A DNA stretch of 64,000 bases. Origin: Spironucleus salmonicida (Eukaryota). This document shows positions 1 through 13,341 of the stretch, piece after piece. The position numbers and the translations under genes are program-made. Each line of letters starts with the position of its first letter. Position 1 is the first letter of the stretch. Under the pieces are notes generated by a model that was given only the letters and a program-made list of their open reading frames with translations, was not told the DNA's origin and made no database searches. The stretch is from positions 248,001-312,000 of the forward strand of contig NC_090600.1 of NCBI RefSeq assembly GCF_000497125.1. Direction: 5' to 3'.

Positions 1-1054
1 TTTAACGGGGCCATTATGTTAGCTAATTTTCAGCTTTGAGTACGTTTTTAATCATATCCTTTTGTTCCTTAGTAACGCTAGTCATAACATCTGGGGCAAT
101 CTCCTAGAAAATTTTCTTTCTATGAACCAGACTAGCTTCTAACGTTTTAATTTCTTCCACTAAACGCTTGCATTCGTTGCTTTCTAGTTTAATTTGATTC
201 CTAAGTTATTACTTAATATTGTACTCTGGATCATCGCTTTAACCTTTATCTAGCTCATTTCTAAGGGCGTCAATTTCTCTCTTATATTATCTGGTATTTC
301 TGTGGATATTAATGGCCTTTTATATGTTTTATTAACCTTAAGTATTTTAAAGTACACTAGCGTTACTATAGGCTATGGCAGTCTAATTAGCTTGTTCTTA
401 GAGTTTTTTCCTAAGTTCTTATTCTTATTTTTGAAGTGAAATATTTTCTTAGCTAAGTTTCATGAATTCTCGAGCGATTTCATCGCCAAGATCTGCCGAA
501 ATTTTCGCTTCGGTCTCTGAACGGATTCTAGCGGCAGCAATTTCATTTTTCTCAAGTCTTTATTATGCTTCAACACGAGCTTTATATGCTACATTTGAGT
601 CGTTTCTAAGTTTTTCAGCTTAGTTTTCAGCAGCAGTAGCTTACGAGCGCAAATCTTCTAAGGAAGCACCAGCATCTAACTGAGATTTAGCATAATTAAT
701 ATCTGTAAATTCGCCTTATAAATTATTAACTTACTACTTAAGTTACTAAACAGTTTCAGATAAACGATTGAACTAGTTTTCTTTCCTGCGTAACTCTTAT
801 GTAGATACACTAAGAGCTTCAGCTTCTCTATTGCAGTTGGCAGTCTTATTTCTAATATCAGTGAGAAAATATGGTGCGTCAAATACTTAACGTGTGCCTG
901 TAGCCACTCGAGTACCTGTATCAAGTCCATGGTTAGACATTGGACGAGATGAAAGACGTACATCTTATGTGGCAGCTGTTCCTGTAGCAGCTACACCCAC
1001 AGCACCTCGAGAAACTGGGCGAGCTGATGCTTTGCGTGACATAGGCATGGACAT
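1..1054 (-). CDS. IFT74: Intraflagellar transport protein 74/72 (runs off the window start)
   Basis: With TAA/TAG=Q: MSMPMSRKASARPVSRG...RPMSNHGLDTGTRVATGTRQVFDAPYFLTDIRNK...LQGEFTDINY. Basic N-terminus, RQ(I/V)xDxxY(Y/F)L motif and long coiled coil match IFT74. Confidence 0.85.
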
Positions 1055-1135
1055 TTTAATTTTGAAATGTGCGAATTTTTGGAGTGGTAGATAGTATACA
1101 TATTTTATATATTTATAATTATTTCATAAAATTTA

Positions 1136-2104
1136 ATGTCAGATATTTTATTCAGTACATTAATCTTATCAGAAGGAAATGCTAAAGGGGGCAATATATT
1201 TGCATTTCAACCTAAAAAATTTAAAGTACCATTAGCATCTAATTATTCTAGGTCTGTTTCAGTTCCTGCCCTAAAACGGCAAGCAGAAACACCTAAACTT
1301 TAGCCATATTTTAAAACAGTATCTGAAAAAGTAGATTTATAAAATTAAAAAGTTGATAATGGTATAAAGATTAATGATAGAATAATTTCAAAGCTTCGTA
1401 CTTTAGATTATAATACTGATTCATTTGTTAGGAACCCAGATGAAGAAAGAATAAGTATTATCAAAGAAATATATTCAAAAATTTAAAATGGAGCAATTTA
1501 AAACTAAACTTCAACATACAACTATACCAAAACCGCATAGATAGAAAGATAAAAACGACACCAAATAGTATAAAAAGAAATAGAAAAATCAATTAGGACT
1601 AAAAGTGAGAGAGTTAGAGATACAAGCTAAACAAGAAGTTTTAGACCTTAAGCGTTATTAGTTTAATGTTAAAACGAATAAAACTATCATATAACAAATA
1701 ATGGTAATACAATAAATAGAAAATTTCAATCAAAGAAAATTTGTGAAAAATCAAGAAGTAATAATAATATAGGATTCTCAATAGAGGTAGATTTTGGTAG
1801 TTTAAAAGCTCATAGACCATTTAAAAAGCTTAATTCTAGTGTAGCAAATAAACGCTATGATCTTAATTACATATAATAAAATTATAAAAAATACTATTCA
1901 AACTAAGGATTTAAAGCCAATATTTAATCAGTAGAATAGGGTAAGAAGGATTAAAAAAATGAAGAATTCAAGTTTAAATCTACGATAAGTACATTACAGT
2001 CTGCAAGTACAATACGATCGCAAAACACATAAAATACATAAAAAACTTTTTTAACCTAAAAATCAAGTATAAATCTGGATTAATTATTTAATATATAATA
2101 ATGA
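1136..2104 (+). CDS. Hypothetical protein (~322 aa)
   Basis: ATG after an AT-rich spacer, frame open to TGA at 2102-2104; divergent from IFT74. Confidence 0.65.
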
Positions 2105-2110
2105 AAATTC

Positions 2111-2734
2111 TCATTTGCGGAAGAACCCTTGTGTTAATGACATTCGCCCTGCGAATTGTGCACCCTTATTTCCACTAGATTTAAAAGCTGAAAAATCAGT
2201 ATTGTAGGACCCTGGTCCAGGTACCTAATCAGAAGACTTTGCTCTATATATATTCGCTATAGAGGCACCTTTAGTTTCAAATTTTTAACCAATCTCATAA
2301 GCGCCTGGGCCTGGATTTTGATTATATTTATCAGGAGCTCTCCGGCCAGACATAGTTACATATGGTGATTCCGCACCAAAATCTTTTCCAATGTCATATT
2401 TATTTGGACCAGGTTTGTTGTTATCATAATAAAGTTTATAACGTGATGACATTGATGCATTACATTAACTCTTTATTATGTTAGGATTATAAGCCTATGG
2501 ACCTGGCGATCCATTGTCAAGCTTGTAGTTGTATTTCTTTTGTATTGTGAATGAAGGGGGTTAGCTAGAAACAAATGTATCGCTTGGTTGATATGACCCT
2601 ACTCCTGGGGTATTGAAAGGTTTCAAAGGTTCATACTTATTTTTAATTTTTATGCCACCTGATAAGTTCAATCCAGAAGATTAGAGATCATATGCATTTG
2701 GAGCTGGAGTTTTGCCAGAAGGCGGAACGTACAT
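2111..2734 (-). CDS. SHIPPO-1/ODF3-like PGPGxY repeat flagellar protein (207 aa)
   Basis: Repeated motifs TPAPNAY, TPGVGSY, SPGPQAY, KPGPNKY, NPGPGAY, VPGPGSY. Confidence 0.85.
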
Positions 2735-2848
2735 TTTGCGTGATTTGGGAGATATTCTGAACTTTATATATTGTTATTTTGTTTTAATTATAAAATAATA
2801 AAACAATATATGATTTAATAATATTGTACATATAAACGTATTTCTTAA

Positions 2849-4102
2849 ATGTCCGCCACGATAAAATAACATAAAGTTTAATAAGCAGTTTCAGAATAGC
2901 TAGATATATCATTACCACTATCAGAAAAAGAATTAAATCATCTCAGGGTATTTAATTCCTCATTACCTAAGACAACAATTCACAAACCGAATGAAATACG
3001 AGAATTTACTCAACCTAAACCATCTAACCATAGATAGTTCAGAAGAACAAAACCTTCAAATTTTCAAGAAAATTGTTCTCATACACTTAATTATTTATCA
3101 AATGATACTAAAAATAAAAACTTTCTTGAAGCGAATAAAGATAACCTATTAGATTAAACACTTATTCAGACTCCAAATAACATTATTTAGATACAAGATA
3201 TGATAGACAGGGCTACAAAACTAATTAACTAGGATCATATTGATCCTGAAATTGCAATATTTTATACATACCATGAGACTAAATACGAGAATGAGCAAGC
3301 AAACAAAACATTTAGAGAAATTTGTGATCTTTTAAAGAAGAAGAAATTTAATCTTTCAACATATAATTAATAAAAAACTCAATAGGAATCTCGATTTAAA
3401 CGAATGTATCAACTAGCACGTCAAAGTCGGTTTTTTAAAGAGAATTAGCTGGATCTGATCAATTGTGCAGCAGCACAAAATAACGAAATTGAAGTTAAAA
3501 ATCCAGCACCAATATGTAGTTTAGATAAAAATTGGATCATTTACCAAGATTATCAGCCTCCAAAATGGAGTTTAAAACTCCCAGACCATATAAGATCAAA
3601 AAGCTCTCCAAATCGTACAAGACGGTGTGTTATTGCTCATAACTAGGTATAAGTTCCGTATGAAGCTATTGCACTTCCAAAACTCGTAAAAGTGGAGAAA
3701 GTTGGGCCAAAAATGACAGAGATTGGTGGGTAGAGCTTTATTACAGAACCTGTTGTTGGAATCATAAATGCGGAAGAAGATAGAGAGCGGCAGGCAAAAC
3801 AATCAGCTGAAGAGAAATTTTTCAGAGAAGCAGAAAAACTTATTATTAATGCAAAATTTTCAATGGACTAATTTCCTCCACTGGCAGCATATAGTAGTCT
3901 AAGTAGTCTGAATACTTAAAAATACAAAGATGATTTGCTTGATGAGCTAAGGTAGAAGGAAAGAATTTTTGTAATGAAATCTGGAAATATGAGCGGCGTT
4001 ATACAAAAAGTTATATAACAAAGTTAGGATGCCCTTAAAAATAACTCGAAAATGGGATCCATGGTAGGAGATTTAGTCTAGGAAAATATTTTATTAAAGT
4101 GA
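2849..4102 (+). CDS. Hypothetical protein (~417 aa)
   Basis: MSATIKQHKV... open in code 6, ends AAG-TGA. Confidence 0.7.
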
Positions 4103-4148
4103 TCTAATTTACTTATTATACGATATACAAGTTATAAATAATAATTTA

Positions 4149-4400
4149 ATGAGTCAAATTTCAGATTAAAAATATTAATTTTCAGACGCAAATAAAAACA
4201 TCTTATAGGTAACTTTTCCTATAAATGATGTGTAATAATACTTTTTATTGATGAATATATCGAAAGTTGATTGGTGTGAGGACATGGAGATAAAAACTAG
4301 AAATGATATTTACGAATTCTTTTTAATAGATAAATTCCCAGCCAATGATTATATAATCAACTGGATAATTTATAACATACTTATTTGCATGAATAAATGA
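4149..4400 (+). CDS. Small hypothetical protein (83 aa)
   Basis: MSQISDQKYQF...ICMNK; fills the gap between two genes, but an overlapping minus-strand ORF is also possible. Confidence 0.35.
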
Positions 4401-4413
4401 TTCAAATAAAAGT

Positions 4414-7400
4414 TCACTATATATCATTTTCATGTAATTCTTCTTCAAATAAAGAATACGGCACTGGAATATCACTATTCATAGCAAGCTAAATGGAAAA
4501 CATATCATTTTTAACAATTTAGGGTAACTATAGAATCTTCTATTATGAGGCATGGCCTTTTTTCTATTATTTAAAACACTCAATTCTTTCATATATTTTA
4601 TCCTCAAAAACCTAATCTAAGAAAAATATATTAGGATCTGGAATACCATTTTAAATAATTATTGGTTCATATTTAATCTACTCATCAATTTAATTATCAA
4701 AAAATAAGAGTGGTTCTGGAATACAATCCTGGATTAAAATCTTGCTATATAAAATTTCATCATTAATAATTTAATCAAAAAATTAAGCAGGATTAACCTA
4801 TTTTTCAATGATAGCAATATCATAAACAATTTCCTCAACCAATTAATATTCAAATATCTTCATAGTATATAATTAGGCTTATCTAATTTAAACAGCGCAA
4901 TAACTATAACAATCATCAACAATAAATTAAAATGGGAACAAAAATGGCTTTTATGGTATATTTTATATATCAGTATCTGTAATATTTTAAGTACCAAGAC
5001 ATTCTTAACTATTAAAACTTTCTTAATATTCTTAAATTATACTAATTTCGCTCAAATCTTCACATAAATTATTATCGTTGATGCTTTAACTAGATTCCAA
5101 AGCAATATTTAGATCCATCCCTCCGAATCCATGCCTTATACTAAACATAAATGTATTTCTATATCTTTTTTAACTGACCAAAACACATGATTTCTAATTT
5201 AAATAATATTATATTTTCTAAACAACTAAAAGTTAATCTAGTTCATTATTAACATAAACTTTTGCATCTAAATTATTTTCTAAATTCCATTTATCAATTA
5301 TTTTTTTAATTCCTTTTGTTTATTAAATAAACATACCATGAAAATTAAAATAAAGAATTTATGATCCATATTTTCCACAATTTTCATACATAACAATTTC
5401 ATTTTTACTAAGACTATCTAAAAACGGGTCGAAAAAATATTCAACATTATTATGCATTACAATTGCCTAACCACATTCTACAAAACACGAAATATTACAA
5501 TTTTAAGCTAAAATAGTAAATATTGAACTAGATATTTCCTAATTTGAGGCTCCAAAAAGGAAAAATGAAAATGCGTTAGAAACTGAGTGTTTAGTCGATT
5601 GCTATGCAATAAATTTGTGAATCTTAAATATATTTTATGGGAATTATAGTTGATTAGATAATTAAGTCTATTGGTTAATTATTGTGTCTAAACTGTCATA
5701 ATTTTGTGTTAAATGTATATTAAGGCGATTTTCTGTCTAGGAAAATGAAATAAAATAAAATTCAGGAAAATCTGTGCTTAATAACGATATAAAAAGTGAA
5801 AAATCTTCATGGGATAATGGTAAACTTAATGAAATTTCAGCAGTTCCCAATTATATTATAGTGTAAATAAGTTCAAAAAGATCTTTTATTTGCTAAGAAC
5901 TTTAATTATAGTTTGGTTTAAATTTGAGCAGAGTTTAATTTGGGAAGAAAGACTAGTCAAATGATTTAAATATTTTTATTATTGGTTATTAATTCAAAAG
6001 AAGAGATGTAGAGTCCGTAGTCCTTCGTGTAATAATGGTAGATAGATCTAAATTCTTTAGTTCACTTTTTGATAATGATGTAAGTGATGTTGAAAGTTAA
6101 GATAAATCGTAAGGTTATTAATTTACTTACGATAACAATAAATATGAAGGTTTTTATGATTTAATAAGATTATCTTACTATATCTGTCTTATTAAACGAT
6201 TCTTTGATAATTTATCAATGAAAGATTCTTTCAACTAAATTTATTAAGACAAATTCTATAAATAAGTTTAGGTGAGTTATTAAAGTGGTACAACATTAGA
6301 ATCTATCTATTAATTAGTTACAATTTACTAAGGCATACTCTATTTTTTTGTGAGTGGAGATTTTTTAATGTTCTGTGGAAACTTCCTATTATCGTATTCC
6401 TATTATTATAAAAGATTTTACATTTTGGATTTGGGCGAAGAATTTTATTAATCGATAACGGTGTGATGCAGTTCTTTATTATTTTCACATGATATTTGTA
6501 AGCTATTAACAAGTTATTATCCTGTTATTTAATTTTTATTTAGTAATTTAAGTTCTTAGTCATAATCATCATTAAAATCAGATAATAATACACCATCTTT
6601 ATAATAATATTGATATCCTTCAATTATTAATATATTTTCGTTATTTTCTAAATCAATTTAGCATTTAATCTCACACTTTTGTGCTATATATTAAAAAACT
6701 TTCGTTTAAATTATTTTATTGTATTTATTCTAAACAAAATTGGATAATAAATCGTTTTAAGACTGGTATTTAGAATTATTATCAATAAACTAAGTAATAT
6801 TTTATAAACAAATAGTTTACTATTAATCAAATATATAAAGAATTTATTAATCAAGATAATTGAAAACATGTATATTTTCGAAGTTCAATTCAATTAATAA
6901 AATATCAGCATTAATACTGAACTCAAAAATATCAAATTCAACGAAATCTTGTCTATTAACTTTAAGAAATGATTCAAATTTATCTATTGGAAAAGATGAC
7001 TACAACTAATAAAGACCTTCAGCTTACTAAAAGACTTCATATAGTGATTATATCAAGCTAATAATATCTTAGTCTTGTTCAAAAAATCCTATTTTATATG
7101 CTAAAAGTTATTTACTTAATGTTATTTTATTATTAAAAGATTTTCGTATGTTTAAAATTTTTCTATCTTCAAACTGTGGAATTTCTACTAGTTTTATCAG
7201 CTAAGGTGATTTATATGGTTACTAAATAATATCTTACACACTTGTTCTCTATTTATTGCTATTAGGTGAACTTTATCTTATTAATTCCTTAATAAACACA
7301 TCTTTTTTATTATCGACATTATTTTCCTATATACTATCCATTTGTTAAAACTATTTTCCAATTTTTTCTTTATTTTTGAATAAATAGTATGCAGCAGTGC

Positions 7401-7449
7401 CAACTGCTGCTACACTGGCCGTTGAGAGAGTATTATAAATAAAATCCAT
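4414..7449 (-). CDS. Large hypothetical protein (~1011 aa) with N-terminal hydrophobic anchor
   Basis: MDFIYNTLSTASVAAVGTAAYYLFKNKKK (hydrophobic then basic). Frame checked at many points; ends TAG-TGA. Confidence 0.65.
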
Positions 7450-7490
7450 AAAATTTAGAAATTAAAGACATCTATATTGTATATAAAAAT

Positions 7491-8147
7491 TCAATCATAC
7501 TCTTCTTCTCCTTCCTCATTTTCATTTTTCTCCTCGAGTTCTTCATCACTGCCAAAGCTTTCCTATTCTTCTTATTTTTTGATAAGAACATCTGATATCA
7601 AATCTTCTAAAACTTAAAGTTACGCGTCAAAGTCTTTTATTTATTCAAAAACTGGTATTTCGTGAAATTCTTTTATTAAATCTGATGCAAAATGAGTAAT
7701 TATAGTTCCTAATACTTGCATTGTAACTGTCGTATTTTTTTATGTGATATATTTATTATATCTATTTTGGTTAATTTATTTCTACAATATCTCAAATTAA
7801 ATACGTTCCCGTTTGCGTTCAGAAAGTTCATTTTATGTATGTAAAAACTATATTTTGTTGTGTAAAGAGATAATCTCTGCTTAATATGTTACGTTAGTTT
7901 ATTCCTGGTTTAATTTTATAGTTTCTAAATCAAGTTAATGCTAAATTAATTTCTAATTTTTAGTTTCAATAATATTTAGTAATTCAATATTGTCGGCTTT
8001 AATTTAAGTATTTTCTTCATAAATATTAGTTTTCGTAACTATTGGAGCACTTCTTCTAAACTATATTGGAGTTTTTTAATTCTTTGCAGATTAAGCTCTC
8101 TATGGTAGTTAATAAGCAATTTAGAGAGGATAAATATTTCGCTTCAT
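7491..8147 (-). CDS. Hypothetical coiled-coil protein with acidic tail (218 aa)
   Basis: MKRNIYPLQ...ENEEGEEEYD; start and stop in frame. Confidence 0.65.
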
Positions 8148-8252
8148 TCAAGGTAGAGATTTTAAATGATATAATAATTAATAGCTAGAAAAACATAATA
8201 TTTAAAAAACATATTATAAATATATAATAATTTAAATTTTTTATCGCTTGAA

Positions 8253-9179
8253 ATGGCTGATGTTGATTTTCTTGATCGCAAAATGTCTCCGTTGCTTAAA
8301 ACAAAATTGGATTATTACTTTTTAAATTATCCGATCGATATGAAAGATATGGAAGAAGTTAGATCCTAAATGTGTAAAAATATGAATAAAACTGAAGCAT
8401 AGGTCAAGTCTGGTTAACCTTGCTAATCTGATTTTCATTTTGACTTCTCAAATAATAATGATGGATTAAAAGCTGAGATATAACTTGTTATTGGCGAAAA
8501 TCTAAATTTGAAAAATGAAATATCTAACTTGAAGACATAACTAGATATTTTATCATCTAGAATCAACCCATCTCAAGACGAAGTATTATCTAAATTAAAT
8601 TAAGAATATAATACCAACGTAAAAAATTGTTGGTCGCCAATTTTATAGCATATGAAGCATGATTTAAATATATCTTATAAGAATACATACAAGCATTTAG
8701 TTGGTGAATTGCTTGGAGTATAAGCTGAAATAAGTAATATTAAATCAGATTCTCTTGTAAAAGCAAAGATATTATTATAGAAAAATGATGAAAGATTTTA
8801 AGATTGTATGGATTAATTAGGTAAAGTTATTCATGAAGCGTTTTCTAAGTTTTCTAAAAAGTCTGCCTCTCAAAGTAGTTTGTAACCAGAAGCTAGCACC
8901 GAAAGATTATAATCGTTAACTCTTAAAAGCAATGATAGTTTTATTCATAAACCTTCTATACCCATTCTTGATTATACACCAAAATAATTTGAAATTTTAA
9001 AAAAGTAATACTCTGATAAAGATGTCGCTGACTTCATATAAGAGGCGTCAATTAATACGAAGACAATGGAAGATTAACTCAGATATTATATTGTAACTTA
9101 TTTTGAACTTAATACTTCCTCTTATCATTAAATGATAGAAAATTTTATATATGTTAAAGTTTTAGAAATTTTTGAATGA
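8253..9179 (+). CDS. Hypothetical coiled-coil protein (308 aa)
   Basis: MADVDFLDRKMSPLLK...; start and TGA at 9177 in frame. Confidence 0.7.
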
Positions 9180-9183
9180 ACTA

Positions 9184-10459
9184 TCAATGATTATTCACTA
9201 AATTTATCAATTAATCTAGAGACATTTCATGCAATATATTAATATTTGTGCATTATATAGCTTAAGTAACAGTGTAGAAGTTAACAGAGAATATCTAGTT
9301 CCATTATAGTTCTTAGTCAAATATTGTACTTAAAAACTTATTAACTAAATTTTCAGTAGATTCATTTAACTCAATATAATCTTCAATATACACTTTATTG
9401 CCTTAATATATATTACAATTATAAGTATTACAAGCCTTGCACCAATAAAATCCAGTTTATAGATGTTAAAACACTCGTAAGCAGTCATTGCACTAAACGA
9501 TTATAGTAGATAATTTATTAACATTAATTCCATTATATAGCCACAATTTATAAAATCCAACATTCATTTCTCGTTTTTCACTATTCTCATATAAAAATTT
9601 TTTACATAAAGGACATGAAAATATTCCATTCTATCCCATTTTATACCTACAAAAATCATGAATCGCATGACCACATGGGGGGGGGGATTAAATATGCTAA
9701 TTGAGATTCACAGAATTATTATAAACACACACTACATTAGGTACTACAAAGATGAATATTATATTAAGCTTTAGTGAAACACGTTTAGCATACATCGCAA
9801 TGAATATTGTCATCTTCAAAACCACGATAACAGGTTTCACATTAATCACAGTGTACAAACGGAAGAGCATCTTTTGTTCTCCAATCAGTTCTAGCACAAA
9901 GAAAACAAGTAGTAATTCCAAATTATATACTGCAGTTAGTGCAAAATTAAGAAAAATCTTAAGTTTAGTTACAATATCTACAGATTATTTGTGAACTACA
10001 AGGTTTAACTTAGTGATCTTATATGTCATCATGACAATAACGGCATCCATAAATCTTATTACACACATTACAAATAATTTTATGGCCGCATATTCTATGT
10101 TAACAGCCTGGAGCCTTATCTTACCGAAATGCTTAAAAAATAATACTGTCTAATGGTTAGTTTGTATACCATTCATCTGATAATTTTAATGAATTTATAA
10201 ACTCCATGTCAGGCTAATTTGGATCATATTTCGATGCAGGAGCATGAAAATATACATGTTATATTTATTATATTTACTGTTATTAAGTTTCTTAGTTTAG
10301 TGGAGCATGAAGAAACTCTTTAATTATAATGTAGTTTTTTCGGTCAAATCTATCTAACGATCCAGGAGCTAGTCTTATTATTTATGCTACAATTACATCA
10401 ACTATATCATCTTATTAAAGAATATTTAATTAATATTTTTGCTGATCTAATTCTTACAT
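9184..10459 (-). CDS. CHY zinc finger + RING E3 ligase (RCHY1/Pirh2-like), with a one-base frameshift at the G10 run
   Basis: GCQHRICGHKIICNVCNKIYGCRYCHDD (CHY), HCDQCETC...HCDVCQTC, RING CSVC...PCGHAIHDFC...CPLCKK, C-terminal CNDC...CKACNTYN. Span is 3n+1 and the frame changes at 9677-9686. Confidence 0.85.
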
Positions 10460-10812
10460 TTTATATACTAAATAAATATTTAATTATTTTATGTTAATAA
10501 ATTAAATTTTTATGGAAGAAACATGGCCAAGATATTCATGATAACTATTGGATATTATTTAATATGTGCCTATTAATTTCATAATAGTGTCTGTAAGATT
10601 ACTTATTGAGTTAGATTACCAGTTTAAATTTTCTAATTTTGATTATGATGGTATAATTTTCTTTAATAAAGTACAATATATATTTTGACTGTATCTATCA
10701 TTTTTACTGCTTTAGTGCTAGTAGTTTTATAAGAGAAAGTATTAAACTGCTGTGTCGTAAAATACTAATATTTCTGTAACAAATAATTTCATATCAATTT
10801 TAATAAAAATTA

Positions 10813-11481
10813 TCATCTCATCTTTTTTCCCTTTTTCGAACTTTAACCCTCTTCTTCCGCTCTATCTTCATTTGCTCGTCCGAATCGCTTTAATTTTTCT
10901 TTATCAACTTCTTTCAAATCCTGCAATTCTTAGCAATCAATATCATCTTACCCCTCCTCTTTTCCGCCATAATCGCATTCGCCATCACTACTTTATTAAC
11001 TAACTTCATCTATCTAACTTTATTGTGCTTCAAAAGTTTCGATCTTACGATCTTTAATATTTTTTACCAAGCTCCCTAAAACCTATCCAACCAAATCAAG
11101 TTAAGCTATTATTTCGTTATCTTATTTTATGCATTTCACTGCAAATTTCATGGTTGTAAATTCTGATCCCTTGATAGTCAAGTCACCAATTCCCACCTCC
11201 GCTGTGATAATTTCACGCAAGTTCCCTTTAGATTTAGATACATCATCTCCATTTATTCTAGTTAAATCTTTAATATCTTCATAGTTTCCTCGGTCCTAAC
11301 ATCTAATTGTAGAAGATTCCGTTTTGAAGTCCCTTATTAAACTTGGTAGATTCTGCCTGTTAGGAAGAATTGTAGTTAAAATCTACCTATCTTTAATTGT
11401 AATTTGAGTTAATTAAATAGGGCTCTATGAGAGATATATTGGAAGCTGAGTAATTGGAAGTAATGTACGTGACGAAGTCAT
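10813..11481 (-). CDS. Hypothetical protein (~222 aa)
   Basis: MTSSRTLLPITQLP...KKGKKMR; alternative in-frame ATG at 11505. Confidence 0.65.
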
Positions 11482-11600
11482 TTTTATTGGATTGGAAGTA
11501 AACATAGACTCATATTATATTTGTAAATAAAAATTTACGTTAATTGAAAAATAAATAATAAATAATCTTATATATTAATTTACGTCCTATTTAAAAATTT

Positions 11601-13325
11601 ATGCCAAATACAGTTGATTGGTAAGTTTATCTTTCTATTGTTCAAGAAAACGACATTCTCAACTCTTAAATACAATAACTATAATAATAAAATTAAAATT
11701 TCTAGCTTATTTAATAGCAACATATCAATTTTGAAATCAACGAAGTTTTGACAAAATCTGAGGTTTAATAATGTTTAGATAAAGATATATAGATTACACT
11801 TTTAGAGTAGTAGCTATAGAATGCGTATTAATTACTAGAATAATAGAAAATAATTCATGACGACGAGTATATTTCTTAAATCAATGATAACAACATATTA
11901 CTTTAAACAAATCTTGCATCTGTAACAGCTTAGTTTGAAGCTCTAATTGAATAAAATAACAGTTTTAAAGAAAATTTAATATAAATACTTTCAGTCTAAG
12001 AGTTAGTTTAGTTGCTATATACCTTTGATATGCCAATAAATCAGGTTTTAGAATCCAATGTATCTGAATTTTAAAAAACCAATTTGATCATTAAAGATGA
12101 AAATATTTAGGCGACGAAACAGATTTAAATATTATAATAAAAGTTATGTTAAATTGTTGAATAAAACTAATAATAAGAATCATAAATTGATTTATTAAAT
12201 TAAAAAATAATTTCCCTCACTGGAAGTTTACAGTCATAAAAGCAAAATGTAGACTTAATTAGCAATTCTAAAATAAAAGATTAAATAGAATAAACATAAT
12301 AATTTAGTCAATAAATATAATAGCTCTAATTTAATTTATAATCTATTAGTTAAGAAAAAAGTTTTCTTTAGAAAAAAATTAGCTCACTCCAACTAGAATA
12401 TGATTAACATGAAAAAATAAATTCCAGTTTAAAATAATAAATATTCAAATTATAAAAATCAATATAAAGTAATTCAATATAATTTTAAGAATTTTAAGAT
12501 AGTCATGTTCAGTTTAACAAAATTAAGTAATTATTAGGTATTGATGATTTTAAATTAGTATTTGACATTGTTGCATAATAAAGTAATATTATAGTTATTT
12601 TAAAGTAGTAATTTGGAATTAGTGATAGTTCTTTGCTTATAAAAACTATATAGTAAAAATTAATCAATAAAGAGCATAAAAATATATGTACTTACTGTGA
12701 AAAATATTAACTATTTATTAATGAGACATTAATAAAAATAAATTACTACGAAGATTTAGTGAGAAATTTAGAAATACCAAAAATAGATACACTCGATGTG
12801 TTATTAGCAAAATTTCCATTTGAATAAATATAAAATAATCGAACAAACTAAAAATAAATCTAGGATACTGACTCCTTCGAATATTCAGATTTATTAAATC
12901 TCTCAGATAATGGAAATGCTGTACTTCCACAGGTTTCAATTATGACAAATAATATATCTATACTAGCTTAGCCGAAAGCAGTATTAAATAATAAATTAGC
13001 TGAGGAGTTTTAAAAATTAAACGAGGCACTTCAGCACCAAAAGGAAAAATCTATGATATCGATATCAAACGCAGTCATTAAATCCTAAAATTTTTCGCAT
13101 TAGCCTGAAAAAGTAAATATAAGAAAAACACCTTTGACCCCTGAAGATATTACAGCAAGTAGAAATATTATACAAAAGTAGTCAACTCCAATTCAGAAGA
13201 ATAAGAAATCGCCACTTCGTGCTCGATAAGTCCCCCTAAACACCACTGCAACACGGCCACTCTCATCCCGCTCATTCATTAAAAGGTAGCTACAGGATGC
13301 GTAAATTAAAACGCAATGGAAATGA
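11601..13325 (+). CDS. Gln-rich coiled-coil protein (~574 aa)
   Basis: MPNTVDWQVYLSIVQEND...; heptad-like Q/E/L/K composition and basic Ser/Pro-rich tail. Confidence 0.7.
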
Positions 13326-13341
13326 ATTATTGAAAATGAAA

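Noticed and set aside
5101-5160. FSIRHGFGGMDL resembling the subtilisin/kexin C-terminal YGFG motif
   Set aside because: No catalytic D/H/S motifs seen in the parts translated.
676-12939. Short standard-code ORFs such as 676-963, 894-1094, 3596-3802, 6318-6512, 9697-9994 and 12718-12939
   Set aside because: Off-frame or antisense to longer code-6 genes.
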